Shown in pieces: positions 1-11,719 of a stretch of DNA of 64,000 nucleotides (position 1 is its first letter; every line of letters begins with the position of its first letter). The position numbers and the translations under genes were made by a program. The DNA lies in contig OZ234493.1 in NCBI GenBank assembly GCA_965153455.1, positions 27,828,213 to 27,892,212 on the forward strand, written 5' to 3'. This DNA is from Sphagnum compactum (Eukaryota). Under the pieces are notes generated by a model, which had not been told where the DNA came from, did not search any database, and saw only the letters and a program-made list of their open reading frames with translations.

Positions 1-294
1 CAGAAAAAAAAGAGGTTGCAGAAGGAGAAATTTTTCCATGTCTCTGAATTATCTGACTCTGACTCAAGTGTTGAGAACACAAATGAAAATGCCTGTAATT
101 ATCCACCTATTGGGCCACCTGCATAAACCAAGAGGTCCCCAAATGGTCCTTGATGGGGATACAATGCAGCATACAGTACCTATTCCCTCCATTGGTGTAC
201 ATTTTCAACAAGTATTGGTGGATCAAGGGGATATCAATAATACATACCTCATGATTTTGAGCATTTTGGGGACTGACCTTGATTCTATGCATAG

Positions 295-1715
295 GCAATG
301 GTAGGGGCAATGGTGAAGTGTGCATCATCAATAGCAGACGAATGGGAAATGAGAGTGCAACATGATGGGGGTTGTGTGGAACTGGAAGTGGGTGATTACA
401 TGAGATATGTGACAGCTGATATAATTGCACATACTGCATTTGGGAGTAGTTATGAAAAAGGAAGGAAAGTGTTTGACCAACAACTTGTACTGGGCAACCA
501 ATCATCTGGGCCAAAGAGCTGTGCAAAGATTTTCTGCACTACCAGGATACAGGTTACTCCTATCATTCACACACTGCTTACTGAATCCCTGTTGCTCACA
601 AGTAATCTAGTTTGACCATGGATGAGGTACCTAATTTCATTGTCTCAAGTGGCTGTAGACCTTTTACCAGTCTTGATGTGTCATCCATATGATCTTGTCC
701 ATGTGGTGAGAACCATATGATTACAGAAACCCAAGAGTCCTCAAGCAAGTGAGTTTCCTTACAACACTGTCCCACTCCTAAGGTTCTTGTGCAATTTTTT
801 TGGCAGCCTTCTTCCAACACCACTGAACATACAAATACTTAAGACCCAAATGACAATTTCAATGAGGGACATTATTCAATCAAGGAGGGATATGGTGAAC
901 CAAGCCAAGAATACTTCACATGGGATTGACTTGTTGGGTCTCATGCTCACTGCAGCATCAGAAGAAATCGCTCTCAAGGGTGGGAAGGCGCAGTTTGGTA
1001 TGCAGGCATTAATTGATAATTGCAAGACCTTCTTCTTGGCAGGGCATGAGACCACAGCAACTCTTCTCACGCGGACCATGATGCTACTGGCATCACACAC
1101 AACTTGGCAAGAAAGTGCTCGCGAAGAGGTCACAAGAGTTTGTGGACGTGGCAATCGTTCAATTGACACTGACATGCTCAATAAACTCAAAACGGTATGT
1201 TGAATTCTTTTTCCTCAGCCCATTTGAAATTCCTTTTGAGCTCACATCTTGTAACTGATTGCATACTGTGCAGATTGGATGGGCTGCAGTTGAATATGAT
1301 TCTAAATGAGTCACTTCGTCTATTTTCACCACTTGCGATCCAAACCAGACAGGCACTGAGGGATGCAAAGCTGGGTGACCTAGACATTCCAAAGGGGTTG
1401 AGCTTACATATTCCCAGGCCTGCTGTGCACCTTGACCCTGATCTGTGGGGGGCAGATGTACTTGAGTTCAAGCCAGAGCGATTTGCTGATGGCGTTGCCA
1501 AGGCAAGTAAACACCCTTCAGCTTTTATACCTTTTTCATTGGGGCCATGGTTCTGCGTGGGACAGGGATTTGCTTTAGAGGAAGCAAGATCTGTGCTAGC
1601 TGTGGTGCTTCAGCGCTTTCGATTTCACCTCTCACCCAATGAACGTCATGCACCATATCTTCAGTTCACTGTTAAACCAAAGTATGGAGTGCCTGTGATG
1701 TTGGAGTGTTTGTGA
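295..1715 (+). pseudogene. Cytochrome P450, CYP72 clan (CYP709/714/734-like); 3' exons only, probably pseudogenised
   Basis: Exons 295-552, 807-1194, 1290-1715 with AG/GT borders. Motifs: TADIIAHTAFGSSY, I-helix FFLAGHETT, ExxR (ESLR), PERF, heme motif FSLGPWFCVG. The first visible exon needs a +1 frameshift near 490-500 to reach ...ALPGY|SLLPTP. The heme-motif Arg is Trp (TGG at 1548-1550). The 5' exons lie outside the window. Confidence 0.85.
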
Positions 1716-3643
1716 CTATCATGGAGGTTAAAGCATGCTCATGAGTTAGGGCAATGAGACCCTCACAATATTTAAGGTTTAGCCCCCCTTCCAGCAACCT
1801 TCTTAGTTCTTCTGGAATGTAAATAGATAATCGCACACCTCAGGTTTTTGTGGTTGCAAAAGTATGAATCCTAATCCAAAGCAAATTTCATTCTCATAGA
1901 GATGCTCTTTGGGGCTCAACTGCAACAAGGGACAACTGATATGTGGTCGACCTATATTCTGCAGCATTAGTATTGAGTTAAGCATGTTCTCAAAGTGGTG
2001 TAACAGCAGCTTGATTGCAACTGTGCCACCCTGAGAGCATGTGTTGTGCAATTGTGGTATGCACAACACATTTGGGAGGTGCATGGGCTAGAACAGTACT
2101 GGCATACCCCTGTTTTAAAAGATTTGTTGATCATGCATCTCTCATTTTAGGACCATCAAAACCTGAACTGTTATAGTCACGATTTCAAAGCAGTGCTTTG
2201 CACTGAATGTTGCAACTTTGCATCTGGTGTATTCCAAGCTAGATGAGTGGTAACGGTAAGCAACTACAATTGACCGTGTATTTACAGTAATCATTTCAAT
2301 CTGCCATGAACTTCATGCATGCAAAGCTGACCTCATTTTACCAATATGCTTTATAGAACTACAAGTGGTAATTGATGCCAAATGTATAAGATGGTAAATA
2401 TGGGTACATGAACCATTGAATTAGGATATGCCATTATCTAGCACTTATTAATGTTTTTGAGAAGGATTTGTGGATTTTGAGCATGACCCCATGTTGTCCC
2501 ATTGCATATGCATCCTTCACCTTTGTTGCATTCTTGTTCACAATGACCCTACAATCGATGTTGGAAAGCTGGGTAAGCCAAATGAAGCTCCCCAGCAACT
2601 TGATTGGGAAGTAAAACAAAACTTGCTGTTGATTATGAAGGTAGTTCTGATTCTGCACAGACCCTAGCATTCCCCTAGCTGTGCTAGGGAACGAATGGGC
2701 TGCCATCAGCTGGTTTTGCCAAGTGTGCCTCACTAGGTTCACCCAATGATAGCACACCTACAAGAGTCAACTGTTGATGACCTTTCCTCTAGTATGTTCT
2801 CACCACCTCTCTATTTGAAGATGTAAAGGTTTACAATAGGCCATCTGAAAATGTGACCCCTGTTTGTGGAGGGTTGCCTGGGCCCGTTGTACTGGTAAGG
2901 CCTGAGTACCTTAATCTTTGTAACGACCCTTTGTGCCTGGAATTTTTTTTCTTTTATTTCCTGGAGGGCTTTTATGTCAGGCCCTTGGGGTTTGGCCTTA
3001 CCAGATAAGTAGCTCACATGAGGGCCCCATACTGGTAACACTCTTCACCCTGGGCCTTATCCCACACATTCACTTTCTAGGTGTTTTTTTTCCATGTTGT
3101 CTTGTGCCTATGTGTTCATTTGTGTGTATATGTCAGTGTAGACCTCACTGTTCATTCCTGCAGGTTGTCTTTGGGTGTTGGCTTGACCTTGCCTCACATT
3201 GGACTCGCCACCTACTAAACCAATAACCGGAATAAAATGACACCTCTCTGTTGAGATATCTGTAGTCGATAGTACCCCCGCATTCAAGCTCAAAATCTGA
3301 CCGGGGCAGAAAAACAACACAAGCATGAGGCCATGGTTGGGAGGGGGCGGGGGCCAAAACCTGACCGATTAGGGAAGCTGGGAAGGCTCGGCCTTAATTA
3401 ACTCAAGGCTTATCCAAACCCTGGCATTCAACACCCAGAAGAGTTATCACATGGCCAAGAGTTATCACCCCAGCATTTGAGCTCCAGAAGCTCTTAAACA
3501 ACAGCAAAAGACCATCATTCCTGAATCTGCCTGCAACAGGACATCACAGTTCCTTCAGTCGCAATTATTTTGCTCCAAATCCAGCGGCAAACTGCTGCAC
3601 GATACGGAAACAAATTCAAAATATAAAAGAAAATAAATCAGTA

Positions 3644-3668
3644 TGCGGTGAGCGTGGATCGAACACGC

Positions 3669-3711
<43 letters not shown>

Positions 3712-3716
3712 CCCGC
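3644..3716 (-). tRNA. trnF-GAA: tRNA-Phe (GAA), nuclear/cytosolic type
   Basis: Reverse complement reads GCGGGGATAGCTCAGTTGGGAGAGCGTCAGACTGAAGATCTGAAGGTCGCGTGTTCGATCCACGCTCACCGCA (73 nt). Cloverleaf with GAA anticodon, no encoded CCA, and T-runs (Pol III terminator) just downstream. Confidence 0.98.
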
Positions 3717-4556
3717 AGGCCAAAGAACGTTTTATGAAAATTTGTTTCTAGTTTCATACATAGTCTATTCACAATCCATGATTGGAAAATATTTGGTTAC
3801 TTTAGCCATCATTACTTCTCAAATTATCCAACAATCTGTCCTATTATGGGATTATCCAGTGACTTTTTCACAACACGTTTGATTTTTTTTTGACAAAAAA
3901 TTGGGATACTTTTGTTCTTCTGAAGTAATCTCTCGACTAATTTGCTCCTTTTTTTTTAAATCGCCAATTTGTTTTTAATTTCACTAAATTGAATAAAAGA
4001 AACCCCAAACTCATTGGGGCTAGTTTTCAGTGGCAAGATGTCGCTGAATTTCGCCAATGACATGGGTCTAACTATCTTGAGACAGCATGAATGAAAGCCT
4101 CTGTCTCCACCTGTATGCACTTGTACTAATGCTCATAACAACATTTCAGAAAACAATATCCATCTCTACCTCTTGATTACACAATCAGCATGTCAGCACC
4201 TAATTGATCACATTAGTAAAACACCCCTTCTCTAATTGATATATTTCTCAAAATATCATAGAGATCATTTTTGTAACACTACAAGAATGACGTATTTCTC
4301 AAAAGATGACCTCAGCAACACTTCGCAATTCTTGGTGTGTTGTGGTCACCGAATTATCCTTGTTCTTCTTGTATCACAAAGGTACTTTCAGTTCCCTCTT
4401 GGAATGGGGACATACTGTTTTCACCATATTGTGCTGGAAGTGGAAGTAAACCACTACCTCATTTGCCATGGCAAACAATAATCAAGGTGATTGTGAACAA
4501 GAATTTCTGTCAAACATTTTATCTTCCACACTGATAAAAATTCTTAATTAACTGAC

Positions 4557-7500
4557 TCAATCTATCTCATTGTCACAAACATGGCTGTTTTGCTTTGGCA
4601 GTTTTGGGATAGTAACAGTGAGAACACCATTGTCAACTGAAACCTTCAGCTTTTTTACATTCAGATTTGCTGGCAGAAGGAAGCGGCCCCGGAAACTGTT
4701 GTGAGAACACTCCACACGGTGCCATGCATCTGTGTCATGAAACTCCTCTTCCTTTCTCTTGAAGGAATTCTGCAGCATGTGCCCTCCCTCAACTTGCACT
4801 TTGGTTTGATCCTTCTTAGTACATTCACTTGCAATTATGTTTGCAGATTGGTCACATATGGCTGCTTGGTCACCCACTAGACCAGCACTTTTTGCTGTTC
4901 TGGATACTCTGCTCTTTGAAGGATGTGTCCGCAGTAAAGCCATTGCACAATCATCACCCTCTTCCTCATCAGATAACACAATTTGGAAGTGTTTTCTGTG
5001 GGCATGTGTCTCTGATTGCATAGCCATAGTTCTCAGATTCTCAGTTGGATGAAGCCTGTCTCTAAATCTTCGTACACCACCTGTTAATTCCAGGTTAGGC
5101 ATCCTCAGACTTTGGACAGAAGAGGGCAAGGGACTGTTGGTACCTGGCCAGGATGTAGTCTGAGCAGAGATATCAGGAGTCTCACAGTCAGGTGTTGGAT
5201 GATGACTATGTGCCTCCTCATCAACTTCTTGTACCTCATTTAGCTGCTTTAGCTCATCACTACTGTTGTGCTCATCAGATAACACCATTCGGGAGTGCTT
5301 TCTGTGGCCTGGTGTCACTGGTTCTGTCACAATACTTCCAGGATTCTCATTGTGATGAAGCCTGTCTCTAAACCATAGTCCATTATTTGCTCTTTCCATT
5401 GATGGCATCCTCTGACCATGGGCAGAAGAAGCAGGAGAGGAGCTGTCAGTATCTGGCCAGGTTTTGGGTTGAGCAGAGACATCATCTTCTTCAACATCAG
5501 TCTCTGAACAGCGACTGTTTGCCTCCTCATCAAGTTCTTGGACTTCTTTTAGTTGTTTGAGCTTCTTAAGTTTATCATCCAACTCACTGCAAAACTAGAA
5601 CATAACATTAGTACAAGGTCATGTTTACTGCTTCTCAATCATCTCAAAGCACACGCATCTGACTCAAGTGATTTGTTGCAGCCCAGTTCATATCATCTAC
5701 AAGAGAGAGTGCACCTTGCTTCCTCTGGATGTTCAAGCCGTACAATGTAACAGTACTGAAGGTTTTCAATGGCACTGATCTGCTGTGAAATCAAGTGGGC
5801 ATCCCCTTGACACTTGGCAATCCTGCCATGCAAAAGAGAATGTCATAATCCTCGAAGCAACTACTATGTAATTAAAATCAAGGGGCTTCCAAAGCACTTC
5901 TAGAGCAACTGTAATTGGGCTTGATGTAAGCAGCAACAACTGATCAACAAAGCCCAATTCAGGCAAAAAAAACTTCAGGACACTTGGTGTTGTAAGGGAA
6001 GTCACAAAACTCTGCAATGCAGATTATTATCTTGGTATGTTTTACACAGTGGAACCAATAATTGCAACGAACAGATTAACAAAACCTATAGACCAGGGAG
6101 AATTCAATATATGTGAGAAGCAGGCCTCAAACACTGAGAGCAGAACCAAGGGGTTCAAAACTTTTCTGCATCTATGCCTTAGTCATGCGCTGGAGCAGAA
6201 AACACATACAGTGAAATACATGCATATTGCAACTACAAGACATGCAAAGATTGGGCCCTTACTCATATGCTTCTAGATAGGCCTGCAATGCACCATTCCA
6301 GTCCCCAGCTGCATCCAATGCATTGCCATAGTTGTTCTTGGCAACAGCTTGACCCTGCCAAGCATACCCATCAGTTTATGGAACTCAACACCAAGGGGGG
6401 ATTTGCACATTAAAAACCTCCACAACCAGTTCTTGCAAGTGGCCAGTCACCTCAAGATGCTTCACCCGCTTGCAGACCTGCCAGCTCTGAAAATGCCACT
6501 TCTGGGCCTTCTGATATTTCCGAAGGTTGTAGTATGATTCACCTATCAGGTCCAGAGCATCACCTAGTTTCTCCATGTCTCCCAAGAAGGTCACTACCTT
6601 CTTCAACCTCTTTCCTAGCTTCAAATGCTGAAACAATCACAAGCACATAGAACAGAATTAGACTTTTGAGTGCATCAGTATGGCCCCAGACCTGAGCTAG
6701 ACATAACAATGAGCTCAATCAGTCACTGGAAACTCTTCTGACAAGAGAGCCTGCCATACATGGAAACTTCAGCAAGAGTTGATATGGTGAGGCCACAATT
6801 GATACCTGTTCCCAAGCTTGTAGCTCATGTGCCTGGGCAAGGAGACTCTGCAGAGCCTTAAACTCCTGCTGATATAGCCTCCGCTCTGATACACATCCTT
6901 TAGCAGCCTCCACTTTCCTCTGCAAACCAATGTGCTGCTTCAAGGCCTCCTGAAACTCCTTCATCTTGGGCATTGCCTGTTGCACAACCTCAATGTTCGC
7001 CTGGACTATGCTCAGTAGGTGATCCTCATCTTGCAGCTTCTGTACAATGTTCAGCGCCCGGTGGTAGCACTGAAGAGCATCCATGTACCGTTGACACTTG
7101 AAGTGCACCTCTCCCAAATTGTTCAGACCTTTGGCCTCCCCCTGTGGATGAGGCAGATCTTGGCAAATCTCAATATCTTTGAGAATATGCTTCATAGCAA
7201 GATCCCATTGCCGCTGCTCCAAATGGAGACGCCCTAAATTATGATGCAACCGGGTGCGCGCTGCATCAGTTTGCCCCACTTCTTCTTCCTCACAAAGTGC
7301 CAGCCCCTGCTGCAACAGTTTACAGGCCACATCTGGCTCTTCCACCACCATCTTCAACATCCCTAAATTGTTGTATGCATCCACAAGCTCCACCACAAAT
7401 GAAGATGGTGATACTTTGTCCACAGGGGGGTTGGCCTTCAGAACACGAGCAAGCTCCATGGCCATTGACAAATATTTTTTGGCCTTTGGCAATGCTGTCA

Positions 7501-9276
7501 CACAATCCTTTTGTTCATACATGTCCATGAAAGTCCGTCCCAGCTGTGTGCTAGCTCGCTGTTGCTCAACTAGGTCCTTTAACTCCTTGGCCATGTCCAA
7601 ATGCCGCTTCTGCCATACACAGACCAAGTCCAACATCACAATATTAAGCCAGTCAAAAGTTCAACAGAAATTTTCAAGAATCACATGGATCTAATCTCAA
7701 AAGAAACTTAAAAGAGATGGAATAATGCCCCTCTCCATTCTCCCTGCAGACCTAGATCTCTGAAGAATTAATTAATTGTGTGCATCATTGGACATGGCCG
7801 AGGCTTATATCATGTGAGGAAGTGTCTTGGTATGGATATTGTCCTGAGGAGATTTGTGGATGGTGTTATTAGCAGATCCCATTACCAGTGTGACATTTGG
7901 TTTCTTGGTCTCCCTGAAACCTTTTCACAGGTTTGGGCATTCCATATTAAGCAATGTCCTTCCACAAGAACTGCTCATTGTCAAAAACTAGCACATTTTC
8001 CCAGTTTGTACAACTAGTGTGCACAGATTACATTTGGCAGTGTGTTCTGGCACTGACAGTCAGGTTCCTAACAGGGTTGTGCAGGGCCAGGCAATACCTA
8101 CTCCCCATTGGTGCCGTTTGCAAAAAAGCCATACAGGTGAGAAGATCTAGCTCAAGAGTACACAAAGCCTATATGAGTGTTGGACTGCTTGCTATCCATT
8201 TTACAGTACCCGTGCACAGACAGAAAGATGATCAAATTTCTAGAAGAAAAAACAGTGCTCCTCAGTATGCCAGCATGATAAAAGCAGTTTAGAGTACCCT
8301 GGAAAGAACTGTAGTTCCTGGACTTGCTTGACAGGAGTAGGTAGGTGAGAAACAGAGATCCTGGCTCATTGCTGTCAGATTTGTTGGCATATTATCATAA
8401 TGCATACCCAGGTTTGGAATAAGTGACATGTGACCAAAAACCCCCGGAGGTACGGATCACAGGATGATGGACTCATACAGAGCCTTATATCTTAGCCTTT
8501 TTGATCTGTCTAGACCATAGCAATGAGAAGAATCTTGACAAAGTATACATCCTAAAAGAGTTTTCGCTCCACAACACTTTTCCTTATACAAGACAAACAG
8601 TGAACACAGTCATAGATTACTTTCTTTATTTGATTACTGTTTCATTGCATGTTCAGTTTGGTCACACGCCGGGTTTGAGGTTTAAGGTTTTACTATTCGA
8701 ATTACCCAAGGTCGCTCACAGATTTGGCTTGTCATTGCTTGATCTGACAAAGATTCTTACCGCCAAATCGTCTCTGAATTTCATAAATTCTTCTCCCCGC
8801 TAAAGGTGGGCCATGGAGGAGAGGGTAATTACACAACACGCAAAAGTATGATGTGTGCATGCACTCAAAGAATTCCCAATATTTGAAGCTGTCATCAATC
8901 AGAAGGTGGACAAGAAAACGGAAGGTCGACAAAGAAAAACTCGTACCTGGTAAATGAGGGCTTCATCGAAATCTTCGAGGCGCAGGTAGATTTCGCCCAG
9001 CGACTGGCAAGTAGGCATGAGATTGACGCGGGGTGACTCTTGATCCAGTGGCTTCCGCTTGAGCGAGATGTCATAATCCAGACGAAACCATGTCAAAGCC
9101 TCCACATAATCCCCGTGCTCCTTCAAGGCATGTCCGATCTGGTTCGCCCAACGAGCCTCTTCTTCACGGTCCCCATTCTTCTTCGCTTCCTTGTAGCAGC
9201 TCTTCATACCATCCAAGCCCGGACCAACAGCTCCCCCTCCTCCTCCTCCTCCCCCTTTCCTGCTTCTTTTACTCAT
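4557..9276 (-). CDS. TSK: TONSOKU/BRUSHY1/MGO3-like TPR protein with a C-terminal HSP20/alpha-crystallin domain and no detectable LRRs (~846 aa)
   Basis: Exons 9276-8947, 7609-6806, 6627-6451, 6354-6263, 5822-5715, 5586-4557. All introns are GT-AG and phase-compatible, giving 2541 nt of open frame. Recognisable TSK segments: [10 protein letters not shown]...[104 protein letters not shown]-terminus reads [18 protein letters not shown]...[12 protein letters not shown]. Confidence 0.9.
4950..5561 (-). repeat. In-frame tandem duplication (~309 nt, ~103 aa) in the last TSK exon
   Basis: [14 protein letters not shown]...FRDRLH...[12 protein letters not shown] followed by [14 protein letters not shown]...FRDRLH...[12 protein letters not shown]. 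The second unit starts at 5252. Confidence 0.92.
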
Positions 9277-9431
9277 ACTTGCGCGACCCTGAACAATGCG
9301 ACTGCGCTGCGAATTGTTGATCTAAAACTCCTCCAAAACCCTCGAGTTCAACGACAACTAGGACAACAAACAAAGGATCAAGAAAGACGAGCTGAACAAG
9401 CCTGTGTAAAAACTCCCTCCTATTTACAATG

Positions 9432-9692
9432 GCGGGAAATCCCGAAACCTCATTTTGAAATCTCGAAACCTTTGAAACCCTAGTTTTGATGGAATTATTT
9501 TTTAAGGCCACCTAGTTTGCATAATGGAATGTGATGGGTAAAAAGTAATTGGCGGAGTTAGTGTTTTCTTTTCCCTATAGGAGGAGGTTTCGTAACCGAC
9601 TGCCTCAGGAGGCCGAGGGGGGCTGAAAATCCGGAAGTTACCGGCTATGAAACCTTCACCTATGTGAAATCCAGATCCTTTGTTTTTCCCGC
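9432..9692 (-). promoter_or_regulatory. Cluster of E2F sites plus a telo-box upstream of the TSK-like gene
   Basis: TTTCCCGC at 9432-9439 (minus strand) and 9685-9692 (plus strand), ATTGGCGG (fits WTTSSCSS) at 9548-9555, AAACCCTA at 9475-9482. All lie within ~420 bp of the ATG. Confidence 0.7.
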
Positions 9693-11719
9693 TTATTTTC
9701 GGCTGTTTTCCGCCATCTTTTCACTGTTTTGCCTTTACGTCCTTATCAGATGTCTCCGAAGACCTTTATGTCCTTATTGTAATCAAAGCTAGGAGCTGAT
9801 CTCCCAAGACGCCTTATTGCGATATCGTGGCAATGGAGCAGATCTCCCCAAGCAGAAGGACAACTATGACAGGCTGCATGGGGCCGACTTTATTTTAGGT
9901 TTCTTTGGTCCAAAATTTCTATTTCAATAAAATTGGCAATGGTTGCCTTAAAGAAGTAGCCAAATTTGGCTAATAACCAAAATATTTAATTAAATTGTAT
10001 AAGTCCAAAAAAAAAAGTCTATTGGATCAATTCAATAAATCTTGAATTTTTTAATTTTTAATATTTCCACAAAGAGAAACTTGGCAAAAAATAAAATTTG
10101 GTTTTTGGTTGTTTTATTCTCTTTCTTACTCCTTGCTTTATATCCTTACCATAATTATGATTTAAAGGGTATCTCCCAGGCATGCAATGACAACATGTAA
10201 TGTTGCATTGTCGTTGTCATGTTTGGCCACCTTTATTTTAGGTTTTTTTTGCCAAAATTTTACTACTATAAGAAATTTTATTTAAAGTGGCGATTGTTTT
10301 TTTCAATCCTAGCCAAATGTAGTTGTAAACTAAAATATTAAATTTTAGTTTATAAATATAAAAAAAAGATTGACAATTGGAGCTCTCCAAAGAATTTTTT
10401 TTTTTTTTGGCCATAGATATATATTTCACCAAAACAATTTAACTATTTTTTTTCCTTCTTCCTCCCCTTCTTTGCTTCTCTTTTCATTTCGTCTTGTTTT
10501 TTTTCTTCCCTTCCCTCCTTCTCTCTTCATTTCTTTTTTTTTCTTCCCCTTCTTTCCTTCTCTTTCCATTTTTTTCTTAGCTCCTTCTTCCCTCCCTCCT
10601 ATTTCTTTTTCCATTTCTTTTTCTCCTTCCTCACTTGGTATTCTACATTTTATTTTATTTTTCATCTTTAATCTTGTTTTTGTGTTTACAAGTGGCTTTG
10701 ATGTAGCGATGTTTACAAGTGTTGAAGTTGACATTTGCAATGTTCTGTTGCAATTTTCTTCTTCCTTCCTCCCTTTTTGTTCACATGTTTTTGTGTGATT
10801 TGCTCTACAACATTATGTTTCAATTTTTTCTAATAGTGGAACATCAAAGAACTCACTTAGTTGTTTTTTAAAAATTTCTAACTATTGTTTTACTTGGTTC
10901 TTGTTTTGCAAGATTTTTTATGCGTTTGAATTTGTTGTCAACGCATGTGCTCTCTTTGTTCTTTTGTGCTCTTTGTTCCAAAATTCTTCACTATTTTTTT
11001 CTTGGTTGTAATCATCTTCTTCTTCTTTCCCTCTTATTCTTTCCCTTTTCACTCTTTCTGTTAAAATGTTGTTGTTTTTCAATGATTCATAACGATGAAC
11101 CTTCTTCCAATAATCAATACAAAAAAAATCTTGAACTATATTCTGTTGATGATGTTTTCTTTGAAGGTTTATATCATTTAACCTGTACTAAACTAAGTGA
11201 AGTATTTGATGATCCAACAAGTTCTATAACAAGGATTCTTCCTTTTGTAGCTTTACATCCTTATGAATGAAGGTTTACAACATCCATAATTTCACAAGCT
11301 TTTCGATTTATGTTTACAACATTTGAACCTCCTACAACTGATTTTGTACCTCCTATTTCAGTTCATGAGCCTTCTTTTAATTTTATATTATCATTTTTTA
11401 ATTTTAAATAAGTGTTGGTATTTTGTGGTTTGACAATGGAAATCATATATACCTATGAACTACAAAAACATATTGTTCCATCCCAATGTCCTAAAGCAGA
11501 ATTGAAGTTCCATTATTCGCAAAATGTTAGAACCTTTCAATTTTTCAAGTCAAGATGAATTTGAAGTCTTGCATATAGTTGGTGTTTTTTGTAACCAAAT
11601 GTATTATTCCAATCCTGATGTTGTTGTTGCCACTATTGATTACGATGTGGTTCCCACCACCAATAACAAATATGTTGTTGAAGAGGTTTATAGATGGACA
11701 AGTTTTTTTTATGTTGATG

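Noticed and set aside
1803-3480. ORFs considered as possible downstream TSK LRR exons; LTR-like TGTAACGACCC at 2919
   Set aside because: No LRR pattern or TSK similarity, and no matching LTR end or TSD was found.
4557-5582. Stand-alone 341-aa HSP20 gene as in the ORF track
   Set aside because: It starts at a TTG just after a strong acceptor at 5586 that is in phase with the upstream TSK exon, so it is the last exon of the TSK-like gene.
10370-10798. K/E-rich and F/S-rich ORFs on both strands
   Set aside because: Low-complexity pyrimidine tract inside TE debris.
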